64,000 nucleotides of DNA from Eledone cirrhosa (taxonomy: Eukaryota). The DNA lies in assembly GCA_964016885.1 (NCBI GenBank), contig OZ024763.1, forward strand, positions 7,812,001 to 7,876,000, given 5' to 3'. The notes beneath the pieces are model-generated. The model saw only the letters and a list, made by a program, of their open reading frames with translations. It ran no database searches and was not told the origin of the DNA. Positions 1 to 10,771 of the stretch are shown one piece after another; position 1 is the stretch's first letter; each line of letters begins with the position of its first letter. The position numbers and the translations under genes were made by a program.

Positions 1-20
1 GAGTACCTTCCTATTTACAG

Positions 21-107
21 ATCACAGAACCAAACGAAGGACGGCGAGATTATGAGAGCATGTACAAGAAATTCACAATTGAGGAACTGACGAATAAATT
101 TCCTGAA
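21..107 (+). CDS. M13 peptidase exon (ITEPNEGRRDYESMYKKFTIEELTNKFPE)
   Basis: tttacag acceptor, gtaagt donor, 87 nt, phase 0. Confidence 0.9.
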
Positions 108-780
108 GTAAGTGGCACATCATTTATATTAGACAATATTGGGGATGGAGAGGGCCCAGGTCATGTGACCAGGTTAGTGGGGGTGAAGAGGGTCCAGGTC
201 ATGTGACCAGGTTAGTGGTTGTGGAGAGAACTCGGGTCATGTGACCAGGTTAGTGGGGAAGGAGAGGGTCCAGATTGTGACAGACATGTCGAGTTTTTCT
301 CTGACTTAGTAACACTTTTTCTTTATTGTCCTCATTCTTTCCTTTATAACTCCTCTTACCTTGACACTTTTAATCTTGTACGCATTGTAGGGCTTTCAAA
401 TATTTAAACTTATTTAAATCTGTATTTTTATTTCATATATATATATATATAAGAAAAGGGAAGTAAGGTTCTATACTAAACAGTGGATATAGAGAAAAGG
501 TGAAATTGGAAATATCATGGAAAATATACTTTAGGGTCTGTTTTTCATTTTTTTCCTTTCTTTGATTCATCAAAGTGACATTATTGAAAAAATAAGAGGG
601 ACAATCCTTTTAAAAAAGTTTTATAATGTATATAAAGTATATATATATATATATATTATATATATGCTACAGGCGTGGAAAAATGGACGTTAAACGATGA
701 TGATACATACATATTCTTGCTTTATAATTGTTGTGTTATTAAAACTGTTTGTTAGTTGTCTCCTCTTTTTCTTGTTACAG

Positions 781-914
781 TTTGATTGGTTAAAGTATTT
801 AAACGAGACATTTACTGCGGCCAATATCACTCTCACCAGTGAACAACCTGTCGTCATTTATGCTCTAGATTTTCTCACAAACCTGGTTCAAATCTTAAAA
901 GTTACGCCGAAAAA
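781..914 (+). CDS. M13 peptidase exon (FDWLKYLNETF...LKVTPK)
   Basis: ttacag acceptor, gtaagt donor; FDWLxYL is typical of M13. Confidence 0.92.
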
Positions 915-1015
915 GTAAGTCCCTTAAATTCTATAATTTTTTTGGTTACCTTATTTCTTTAAAAAATAATTTTTTATCGTAAAATATTATAAACACTACC
1001 TAGAACTTTCAAACA

Positions 1016-1186
1016 CAGTATTTCCCTGCGTCAAAGATGCTACTTTTTTCCTAAAATAAGTCTCAAAAATCTACCATGTGCCCTGGAGGGTATTTTTTTT
1101 CAAATTTTTGGTTGTCAAAATTAGGGTGTGTCCTCAAGGACGAAGCGTTTTCGATGATGAAGCGACTTTGGTGCTGGAAAATACGG
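1016..1186. mobile_element. pogo/Tigger-like MITE (second, inverted copy at 12487-12654)
   Basis: Termini cagtatttccc...ggaaaatacgg-ta; body matches the reverse complement of 12487-12654 (ta-ccgtatttccc...gggaaatatgg-ta). Confidence 0.65.
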
Positions 1187-1415
1187 TAATTTATTTTAAA
1201 TAATCAAGAATTTGGAGGGATTTAGTAAAATAATTTTCCCATTATTAAATTGGATGATGATGATGAGGATGGTGGTGGTGATGATGATGATAAGGTTGGT
1301 GGTAGTGGTGGCAGTGATGACGATGATGGTGGTGGTGGTGATGATGACAAGGTTGATGGTGGTGGTGGAAGTAATGATGATGATGTTACATCTTTCTATA
1401 TTTCTGTTTCTACAG

Positions 1416-1509
1416 GACTCTGGCCAACTATCTAGTGTGGAGGATTGTTATGAACAGGGTAAATAATTTACCCAAAAAATACAGAGACATGAAGAAAGAT
1501 TACCACGAG
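1416..1509 (+). CDS. M13 peptidase exon (TLANYLVWRIVMNRV...DYHE)
   Basis: ctacag acceptor, gtaacc donor; ANYLxW motif. Confidence 0.92.
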
Positions 1510-1734
1510 GTAACCCTAACTGGGCACATTTATTAAAGGGGTCTTATTTTCCTATTTGTTGTTAAGTCTGATTCTGTGATATACAGGTACAACTTATTGT
1601 TTTCACAGTTAGGTGGACTGGAGCAATGTGATATAAAGAGTCTTGTTCAAGGACACAATGCATCATCAGGAATTACGAACATGACCTTACAATTGAAAGC
1701 ACTTCATTTCATAACTTTCTAACTTCTCATTCTT

Positions 1735-1770
1735 TCTTCTGATGAAGGACTAGCATCCGAAACGTTAAGA
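1735..1770 (+). ncRNA. Minimal type I hammerhead ribozyme motif (intronic, sense to M13 gene)
   Basis: tctt-CTGATGA-a-gga(ctagca)tcc-GAAA-cg-TT-aaga; helix I tctt/aaga, palindromic ACGT at helix III. Confidence 0.6.
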
Positions 1771-2120
1771 CCCTCTTCCTGCTATTTCAAACGTTACGGT
1801 AATAACTAGAAATAACTGGTAATAACTGTTAATAACCAGAAAAAAACTAGAAATAACTGGTAATAACTGTTAATAACCAGAAAAAACTAGAAATAACTGT
1901 TAATAACCAGAAAAAACTAGAAATAACTGGTAATAACTGGTAATAACCAGAAAAAAAAACTAGAAATAACAAGAGATGAAGTTAAACAAACCATAAACAT
2001 CCAATAAGTTGATGTGGGTATGAGGCTAAATAATTTCTATCTTTGTTAATTTATTTCAAAGGATTATTTTAATGGATTCTCTTCTCTCTGTCTTTTTTTT
2101 TGGGAATTCAACAAAAACAG

Positions 2121-2249
2121 AAAATATTTGGTCAACAAAGTGAGACTCCAAGATGGCGGGAGTGCGCATCGTTTGTGTCAGAAAACCTGGGAAATGCTAT
2201 CGGACGACTATTTATAGCAAATTACTTTGATGAAGAAGCTAAAAAAAGT
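2121..2249 (+). CDS. M13 peptidase exon (KIFGQQSETPRWRECASF...EEAKKS)
   Basis: aacag acceptor, gtgagt donor; PRWxxC motif. Confidence 0.92.
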
Positions 2250-2411
2250 GTGAGTAAAACAATTTTAACTCCCATTAACAATGTTAACTACCATTAAGAC
2301 TTTTATTACAATATTTTAAATGAAAGATACGGACTATTAATAAAGAACAAAATTAGTTTCTCTCTAACATGGCAGATATATAAATACATTCATGAGTTTT
2401 ATATCAAATAA

Positions 2412-2604
2412 TAATTGTTTCTACTTTTGGCACAAGGCTAGCAATTATCTCAGTGTATTACTGGTATTTAACTTTATTGACCCCGTAAGGATGAAAGGCA
2501 AAGCTAACCTCGGCGGGATTTGAACACAGAAAGTAAAGGGTCATAACTCTGTGTTGCAAAGCAAGATGTCCGACACTCTACCGATACTGCCAATCCACCG
2601 CCCT

Positions 2605-2605
<1 letters not shown>
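2412..2605 (-). mobile_element. tRNA-derived SINE family A
   Basis: Head gggcggtggattggcag...gttcaaatcccgccgagg (A/B-box-like) and central gcctttcatccttacggggtcgataaaataaagtaccag. Other copies or fragments at 2680-2830, 7354-7742 (two tandem), 15128-15472, 28900-29060, 51360-51525, 51749-51875, 55813-56215, 61022-61128, 63222-63538. Resembles described octopus SINEs. Confidence 0.8.
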
Positions 2606-2656
<51 letters not shown>

Positions 2657-3043
2657 GCTACTTACTTTGGGTAACCTTTGGTTAACTTTGTTTTTCATCC
2701 TTACAGGGTTGATAAAATAAAGTACCAGTAATACACTGAAATAATTGCTGGCCTTGTGCCAAAAGAAGAAACATTGTACCAGTAATACACTGAAATAATT
2801 GCTGGCCTTGTGCCAAAAGTGGAAACATTATTATTTAATATAAAACTCACATATTTAGGTATCCACCATGTCGGAGCAGAAAAACAGAATTCTAACACTG
2901 CTTATAATTTTCAAATAATTTTGAAAATAATAAAGAATTTGGAAAGTTTTAGGAATGTAATTAAATTTTTCATTAATTAGTTAACATTTGGTAATTAAAG
3001 GGTTAATTGCAGGTTGTTTTTTTTTGCTCTAATTTTATGGAAG

Positions 3044-3142
3044 GCCAAGGAAATGATTCAGAACATTCGAGAAGCTTTTAACGAACTTCTACACGAGGTT
3101 GAATGGATGGACACTGGCACTATAGAAGTGGCACAGGAGAAG
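3044..3142 (+). CDS. M13 peptidase exon (AKEMIQNIREAF...WMDTGTIEVAQEK)
   Basis: aag acceptor, gtgagt donor; WMD..T...A..K motif. Confidence 0.9.
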
Positions 3143-3685
3143 GTGAGTGGTGTGGTGGTGGTGTGGTGGTGTGGTGGTGGTGTTGTGGTGTTGTTGCGGT
3201 TGTGTTGGTGGTGTCAGTGGGAGCTTACCGCTTGGTGGTGGTGGTGGCGGTGGTAGTGGTGGTGGCAGTGGCGGTGTTGTGGTTGGTGTTAGTGGTGTTG
3301 GTGGTGGTGGTAGTGGCGGTGGTAGCGGTGGCGGTGTTTTGGGTGGTGTTAGTGGTGTTGGTGGTGGTGGTAGTGGTAGTGGTAGTGGTGGTGGTGGCGG
3401 TGTTGTGGTGGTGGTGGTGGTGGTGGTAGTGGTGGTGGTAGTGGCGTTGGCAGTGGTGGTGGTGGCGGTGTTGTGGGTGGTGTTGGTGGTGGTGGTAGTG
3501 GCGGTGCTGGTAGTGGTGGTGGTGTTGGTGTTAGTGGTGCTGGTGGTATTATGTGTGGTGGTGGTGGTGGTGGTGTTGTTGTCATTGCTGTTGTTGGAGT
3601 GAGGGTGTGGTTGTTGTTGATATTGTTGATGTCCTCGTGTTACACTCATTATACTCATAAAACTCGTTATACTCGTTACTTTCAG

Positions 3686-3763
3686 GCCAATGCCATAGTT
3701 GAAAGGATTGGCTATCCACCATACATACTTAATGACACGGTCTTAACGAACATGTATTTTCAC
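3686..3763 (+). CDS. M13 peptidase exon (ANAIVERIGYPPYILNDTVLTNMYFH)
   Basis: tttcag acceptor, gtgagt donor; IGYP motif. Confidence 0.92.
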
Positions 3764-3984
3764 GTGAGTAATTACTACTTTACATTTCTGGTATTTTACA
3801 TATATATATACAGTTCCACTGTGAGATGGGTTTGACAAGGGCAACTGGACAGACCCTTCTTATTTAGAGGAACCCCCCAGTTCCAGGCTCCCAGACTGTG
3901 GTTCTGTTGTGAGAGGGGTTCATCACAGCCACCTGACCTGTCCCACTTCATCACAGTGCCATACAGTCCCACACATATATATAT

Positions 3985-4327
3985 GGAGGCACATGGCTTA
4001 GTGGTTAGAGCATTGGCCTTGCAATCGAAAGGTTGTGAGTTCAATTCTCAGACCGGGTGATGTGTTGTTTCCTTGAGCAAGACACTTTATTTCACATTGC
4101 TCCAGTTTACTCAGCTGTAGAAATGAGATGATAGGGACTGGGGTCCCTATCATTCCACTGCAAAGTGGTTGTGGAGGTGCCACGGCAAAAAAGCACCCAC
4201 CACTCACTGTAAATGAGATTGGTGTTAGGAAGGGCATCCAGCTGTAGAAATCAAGCCAGAATCAGTTCCCGTCCCACCCTTGCAAGCAGGGAAATGTGGA
4301 TGTAAAATGAAATGAAATGATGAAATG

Positions 4328-4328
<1 letters not shown>
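3985..4328 (+). mobile_element. tRNA-derived CORE-type SINE family B with RTE-derived 3' tail
   Basis: A-box tggcttagtgg, B-box gagttcaatt, CORE-like tccttgagcaagacactt, 11-bp hairpin atgatagggac/gtccctatcat (4128-4153), tail ending (atg)n. Copies at 5043-5240, 9799-10094 (-), 13295-13683, 58305-58515 (-). Confidence 0.8.
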
Positions 4329-4369
<41 letters not shown>

Positions 4370-4403
4370 GTTGTTTTTCCTGATCCGTATAACCATTACC
4401 AGT

Positions 4404-4444
4404 CCGAGCTGAAGGACCACATAAGGTGAAACAATTGTTCTCGG
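4404..4444 (+). ncRNA. Hammerhead motif with A9G variant (intronic, sense)
   Basis: ccgag-CTGAAGG-acc(acataa)ggt-GAAA-caattg-TT-ctcgg, flanked by (TA)n/(GA)n. Confidence 0.6.
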
Positions 4445-4943
4445 TATGGTGAACTAACTGTTGTGTTACTACTTATATATATATATATATATAGAGAGAG
4501 ATCAGAGCAAACATCACGGACGCTCTATCTCAAAATTATTTTTGAAAAGCATTAGAAATGCGCAACCGGTAAAACTTAAAACCAAAACTGAATACTAACC
4601 AATACTATTACTAATTCTCACTTATTCCTAATTAAACTATTTTTCACTGTGAACAATTTGTCAGCATTTTCTATTCCGTTTACCAATATATATATATATA
4701 TATATATATATAACGAAGGAAGTGTGGTAAGGAACCAGGTGGACCATAACGCACCAGAGTTTTCAATACTTAAATACTTAGGGTAGTAGAGTGGGTAATA
4801 GGAAAATGTTGAAGACCCTGACGGCAGAGTTCAAGCCGTTTCGACGACTATTTCTGGACTGAAATAGCCGTCGAAATGGCTCGAGCTCTGCCGTTGGGGT
4901 CTTGAACATTTTCTTATAAATATATATATATCTATTGAATAAT

Positions 4944-4988
4944 GCTCCGAAGACTCCAAACCTCGGTTTGGATGAAACAATTGTAAGC
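4944..4988 (+). ncRNA. Hammerhead motif with U4C variant, followed by AATAAA
   Basis: gct-CCGAAGA-c-tccaaac(ctcg)gtttgga-t-GAAA-caattg-TA-agc, AATAAA at 4990. Confidence 0.6.
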
Positions 4989-5395
4989 TAATAAATGGTT
5001 TGAACATAACTTTGATTCCTGTGAATTCTATATATATATCTATGATGATAGGGACTGAGGTCCTTATCATTCCACTGCAAAGTGGTCGTGGAGGTGCCAC
5101 GGCAAAAAAGCACCCAGCACTCACTGTAAATGAGGTTGGTGTTAGGAAGGGCATCCAGCTGTAGAAATCAAGCCAGCATCAGTTCCCGTCCTACCCTTGC
5201 AAGCAGGGAAAAAGTGGACGTAAAATGAAATGATGATGAATGATGATCTATATATATTTAAGAAGTGCACTAGCAGCTGAAGTGTATGATAAACTTATAT
5301 CTGTATATATACAGAGTGTTTAACTGAGACTGCAACAATGTGTATATAAATATACATACATATTTATTTTTATTTTTATTTTTTCCTCTCTGCAG

Positions 5396-5499
5396 GTCGA
5401 CTACGTATGTGATTATTATTTTGAAAATGTCCTGACCACAATCAAATGGAATGCCATGATTAACTTAAAACAGCTTGGACAACCGGTCGACAATGAAGA
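5396..5499 (+). CDS. M13 peptidase exon (VDYVCDYYFENVL...QPVDNE)
   Basis: ctgcag acceptor, gtaagt donor; YFEN and PVD motifs. Confidence 0.92.
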
Positions 5500-5802
5500 G
5501 TAAGTGGTTCTCTATTTAATGACTCCCTGGCTTGGTAGCTATATATGGATTGGCAGTATTGGTAGAGCATCAGACACCATACTACGCAGCACAGAGTTAT
5601 GGCCCTTTATACAATTATACATACATCTTTATACAATTATACATACATCTTATTATTCTATACAATTATCAATCTATCTTTATACAATTATCGACCTAGG
5701 TTAATACAATTACACATATATTTTAAACAATTATCAACCTAAAATAATACAATTATACAAACATCTTTATACAATTATCAATTTCTGTTTCCTTCTCTCC
5801 AG

Positions 5803-5861
5803 ATGGTTAACCCCTCCAGCTGTTGTCAATGCCTTTTATAGTTCCACAAAGAATGAAATAT
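5803..5861 (+). CDS. M13 peptidase exon (WLTPPAVVNAFYSSTKNEI)
   Basis: ccag acceptor, gtaagt donor; substrate-binding VNAFY. Confidence 0.95.
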
Positions 5862-6019
5862 GTAAGTGGATTGTTTCCCTTTCATCCTTCAAAGGAGCTG
5901 ATTAAATCAAGTACCAGTCATATACTGGGGCTCATTTAATCAACCACCCCCACTCCCCATCCCACTCAAATTGCTGGCCTTGAGCCTCAATTAGAAAATA
6001 TTGTTATAATCATTTTAGG

Positions 6020-7190
6020 AGTAGCATATCTGGAGTGAAGTGTGGAGTGTTGAGTGGTGGAATGGAGTGGTATATGTGGTGAAGTGTGGAGTGTTAGTGT
6101 GGTACATGTGGTAGTGTTAGAGTGGAGTGGTATATGTGGTAGTGTAAAGTGTTGTAGTATATGTGATAGTCTATTAGACTATATAGTGGTATAGTGTTGT
6201 AGTACATGTGGTAGTGTGAAGTGGTAGAATGGAGTGGTATAGTGTTGTAGTATATGTGGTAGTATATTATACTATATAGTGGTATAGTGTTGTAGTGTAT
6301 GTGGTAGTTTATTATACTATATAGTGGTATAGTGCTGTAGTATATGTGGTAGTGTGAAGTGGAGTGGTATAGTGTTGTAGTATATGTGGTAGTATATTAT
6401 ACTATATAGTGGTATAGTGTTGTAGTGTATGTGGTAGTGTGAAGTGGTAGAATGGAGTGTTATAGTGTTGTAGTATATGTGGTAGTATATTATACTATAT
6501 AGTGGTATAGTGTTGTAGTACATGTGGTAGTGTGAAGTGGTAGAATGGAGTGTTATAGTGTTGTAGTATATGTGATAGTATATTATACTATATAGTGGTA
6601 TAGTGTTGTAGTGTATGTGGTAGTATATTATACTATATAGTGGTATAGTGTTGTAGTATATGTGATAGTATATTATACTATATAGTGGTATAGTGTTGTA
6701 GTGTATGTGGTACTATATTAGACTATATAGTGGTATAGTGTTGTAGTACATGTGGTAGTGTGAAGTGGTAGAATGGAGTGTTATAGTGTTGTAGTATATG
6801 TGATAGTATATTATACTGTATAGTGGTATAGTGTTGTAGTATATGTGGTAGTGTGAAGTGGTAGAATGGAGTGGTATAGTGTTGTAGTATATGTGATAGT
6901 ATATTATACTATATAGTGTTATAGTGTTGTAGTATATGTGATAGTATATTATACTATATAGTGTTATAGTGTTGTAGTATATGTGATAGTATATTAGACT
7001 ATATAGTGGTATAGTGTTGTAGTACATGTGGTAGTGTGAAGTAGTAGAATGGAGTGGTATAGTGTTGTAGTATATGTGATAGTATATTATACTATATAGT
7101 GGTATAGTGTTGTAGTACATGTGGTAGTGTGAAGTGGTAGAATGGAGTGTTATAGTGTTGTAGTATATGTGGTAGTATATTATACTATAT
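6020..7190. repeat. Intronic minisatellite (tagtggtatagtgttgtagtatatgtgg variants)
   Basis: Tandem units visible directly. Confidence 0.9.
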
Positions 7191-7271
7191 TATACCAGAC
7201 AACATTAGTACAGTAATATATAAGTATGTTGTCATTAAACCACTAAATCTGATGTTACTCTTCTCTCCCAG

Positions 7272-7323
7272 TATTCCCAGCTGGTATACTACAGCCACCC
7301 TTCTACAGTAAAGGTTACCCAAA
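7272..7323 (+). CDS. M13 peptidase exon (FPAGILQPPFYSKGYP)
   Basis: cccag acceptor, gtaagt donor; FPAGILQPPF motif. Confidence 0.95.
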
Positions 7324-7353
7324 GTAAGTAGCTATTATTATTATTATTATTAT

Positions 7354-7742
7354 TGGCAGTAACGGTAGAGGGTCGGACGCCATGCTTTCCAGCAGAGTTA
7401 CGTCCCTTTATGATCTGAGTTCAAATCCCGCCGAGGTTGACTTTGCCTTTCATCCTTACGGGGGTCGATAAACTAGAGTACCAGTAATGTACTGGGATAA
7501 TTGCTGGCCTTGTGCCTAAAGTAGAAACAATTATTATTATTATATTATAAGGGCGGTGGATTGCCAGCATCGTTAGAGGGTCGGACGCCATGCTTTGCAG
7601 CAAAGAGTTACGGCCCTTTATGGTCTGAGTTCAAATCCCGCCGAGGTTGACTTTGCCTTTCAACCTTACGAGGTCGATAAAATAAAGTACCAGTAATACA
7701 CTGGGATAATTGCAGGCCTTGTGCCAAAAGTAGAAACAATTA
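7354..7742 (+). mobile_element. Two tandem SINE family A copies
   Basis: Two near-complete units separated by (tta)n. Confidence 0.85.
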
Positions 7743-7760
7743 AATCCTTGTGGTTAATAA

Positions 7761-7874
<114 letters not shown>

Positions 7875-8122
7875 TAATTTCTGTGGTAAATATCTCCTGA
7901 TAGAGGGCAGTGCAGTAGGTGATGGTGTTTAGTGGTCTAGTGGTGGTGTGGTGAGTGTTGTGATGATGTAGAGTGGTGTGGTTTAATGATGAATTACAAA
8001 TACAGTCCATCTTGTATTATAGTGTAAGTGGCTGAGTATTCCACAGGGAGATTCAGCATGAGACAGTGTGGGACAAGGCTGGCCCTTTGTATTACAGATA
8101 CATACTGATTTCTTTGGTTTAA

Positions 8123-9236
8123 CCCTTTAGCATTTACATTACTCTATATATACTATTGTATTTTCACAGTAAAGACTTTACCTCACATAATATCTCACAT
8201 AACATTTACATTACTCTATATATACTATTGTATTGTCACAGTAAAGGCTTTACCTCACATAATATCTCACATAACATTTACATTACTCTATATATACTAT
8301 TGTATTTTCACAGTAAAGACTTTACCTCACATAATATCTCACATAACATTTACATTACTCTATATATACTATTGTATTTTCACAGTAAAGGCTTTACCTC
8401 ACATAATATCTCACATAACATTTACATTACTCTATATATACTATTGTATTTTCACAGTAAAGGCTTTACCTCACATAATATCTCACATAACATTTACATT
8501 ACTCTATATATACTATTGTATTGTCACAGTAAAGGCTTTACCTCACATAATATCTCACATAACATTTACATTACTCTATATATACTATTGTATTTTCACA
8601 GTAAAGGCTTTACCTCACATAATATCTCACATAACATTTACATTACTCTATATATACTATTGTATTGTCACAGTAAAGGCTTTACCTCACATAATATCTC
8701 ACATAACATTTACATTACTCTATATATACTATTGTATTTTCACAGTAAAGGCTTTACCTCACATAATATCTCACATAACATTTACATTACTCTATATATA
8801 CTATTGTATTTTCACAGTAAAGGCTTTACCTCACATAATATCTCACATAACATTTACATTACTCTATATATACTATTGTATTGTCACAGTAAAGGCTTTA
8901 CCTCACATAATATCTCACATAACATTTACATTACTCTATATATACTATTGTATTTTCACAGTAAAGGCTTTACCTCACATAATATCTCACATAACATCTA
9001 CATTACTCTATATATACTATTGTATTTTCACAGTAAAGTCTTTACCTCACATAATATCTCACATAACATTTACATTACTCTATATATACTATTGTATTTT
9101 CACAGTATATCTAATCTACGAGGTTTTGAAATTATTTATTTTGAGAACAATACCTTAACATCAGTATGAGCAATCAGTTGAACAGAAAGAGGTGAGAGAA
9201 TTCTGGCCAGATATAACAGGTTTAAATGTTAAAGTG
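8123..9236 (+). mobile_element. TTAA-flanked (piggyBac-like) MITE with internal 72-bp tandem array (about 13 units)
   Basis: ttaa-ccctttagcattta ... taaatgttaaagtg-ttaa; copy without the 72-bp array at 16120-16510, inverted copy at 16515-16742. Confidence 0.7.
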
Positions 9237-9311
9237 TTAAATAATATATACTTTACTTACCTTTCCTGTCCCCGTGTTTAATATATTTTTCTCTTTTCTC
9301 TTGTATTTCAG

Positions 9312-9442
9312 GCAGACAATATGATAAAGATGGTAACCTGAAACAATGGTGGGATGACATTGTTATTGAGAGATTCAAGAATCAAACTCAATGTATGATA
9401 GAACAATACACCAATTATATAGTACCAGAGGCTAATGTTAAT
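9312..9442 (+). CDS. M13 peptidase exon (GRQYDKDGNLKQWW...CMIEQY...EANVN)
   Basis: tttcag acceptor, gtatgt donor; GRxxDxxGNLxxWW motif. Confidence 0.95.
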
Positions 9443-9763
9443 GTATGTATAACTTACAGTAATATATACGGTACCAGAGGCTAATGTTAATGTATGTATA
9501 ACTTACAGTAATATATACGGTACCAGAGACTAATGTTAATGTATGTATAACTTACAGTAATATATATGGTACCAGAGGCTAATGTTAATGTATGTATAAC
9601 TTACAGTAATATATATGGTACCAGAGACTAATGTTAATGTATGTATAACTTACAGTAATATATACGGTACCAGAGACTAATGTTAATGTATGTATAACTT
9701 ACAGTAATATATACGGTACCAGAGACTAATGTTAATGTATGTATAACTTACAATAATATATAC
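9422..9763 (+). repeat. 49-bp tandem repeat (7 units) containing an exon 3' end and splice donor
   Basis: Unit gtaccagaggctaatgttaat|gtatgtataacttacagtaatatatacg starting at 9422, 9471, 9520, 9569, 9618, 9667, 9716. Confidence 0.95.
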
Positions 9764-9798
9764 TCCATATTGATACTGAAGGAGAGGGGAAACACTTT

Positions 9799-10094
9799 CA
9801 TCATCATTTCATCATTTCATTTTTACATCCGCTTTTTCCCTGCTTGCAAGGGTGGGACGGGAACTAATGCTGGCTTGATTTCTACAGCTGGATGCCCTTC
9901 CTAACACCAACCTCAGTTACAGCTGGGTGCTTTTTTGCCATGGCACCTCCACGACCACTTTACAGTGGAATGATAGGGACCCCAGTCCCTATCATCTCAT
10001 TTCTACAGCTGAGTAAACTGGAGCAATGTGAAATAAAGTGTCTTGCTCAAGGAAACAACACATCACCCGGTCTGAGAATTGAACTCACAACCTT
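9799..10094 (-). mobile_element. SINE family B, 5'-truncated
   Basis: Reverse complement of about 4028-4328. Confidence 0.85.
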
Positions 10095-10100
10095 GAGTAA

Positions 10101-10145
<45 letters not shown>

Positions 10146-10379
10146 GAGAGAGAGAGTACCTTACTTACTGTGTGTGTTTGTGTAGGTAGATGACAATGGT
10201 AATGATGATGAATGGTGATGGTGATGATGGTGGTGATGATGGTAGTGGTGTTGTTGTTGGTGGTGATGATGGTGGTGATGATGATGATGGTAGTGGTACT
10301 GTTAATGATGGTGACGATGGTGATATATAATATGTGTTGTCTAAACTATAAACAGTTTCTATCTTCTCTTGTCCTGCAG

Positions 10380-10445
10380 TTAAATGGTATTATAACCCAG
10401 GGTGAGAATATTGCAGACAACGGAGGGTTGAAACAAGCATTTCGG
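10380..10445 (+). CDS. M13 peptidase exon (LNGIITQGENIADNGGLKQAFR)
   Basis: Third zinc ligand in ExxxD (GENIADNGG); ctgcag acceptor, gtgagt donor. Confidence 0.96.
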
Positions 10446-10674
10446 GTGAGTAGAGCAGCTGAGGAGAACTTTTGTTGGTTGTTGTGTGTGTGTGTGAATA
10501 TACACATATATATATATATATATATATGCATGTATATATATACTATACACACACACACAGACACAGACACACACATATATATATGCATGTATATACACAC
10601 ACACACACAGACACACACATATATATATCACATAAGAAACGGAGAATCAGTGTTGCGACAAATTAAAATTTATT

Positions 10675-10771
10675 AGACATATTACAATCGTTTCTCTGGC
10701 AACCAGCTCAAGGCACGATCGATGTGGTGATCGAACCTGACTCTGAAATCACAAGATCCTCAGATATGTCT
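10675..10771 (-). ncRNA. Type I hammerhead motif with enlarged 62-nt helix II domain
   Basis: agacatat-CTGAGGA-tct[...]aga-GAAA-cgattg-TA-atatgtct-AATAAA; perfect 8-bp helix I. Confidence 0.7.

Noticed and set aside
3985-4060. tRNA gene
   Set aside because: The A/B-box head continues into a multicopy SINE body and no complete cloverleaf is evident.
4535-4572. TTGAAAA-gcatta-GAAA-tgcgca motif
   Set aside because: Helix II is absent and UH is mutated; too degenerate to call.
8156-9169. 337-aa (and 430-aa at 54013) repeat-protein ORFs
   Set aside because: Stop-free frame of a 72-bp MITE-derived tandem repeat; the first lies inside an intron.
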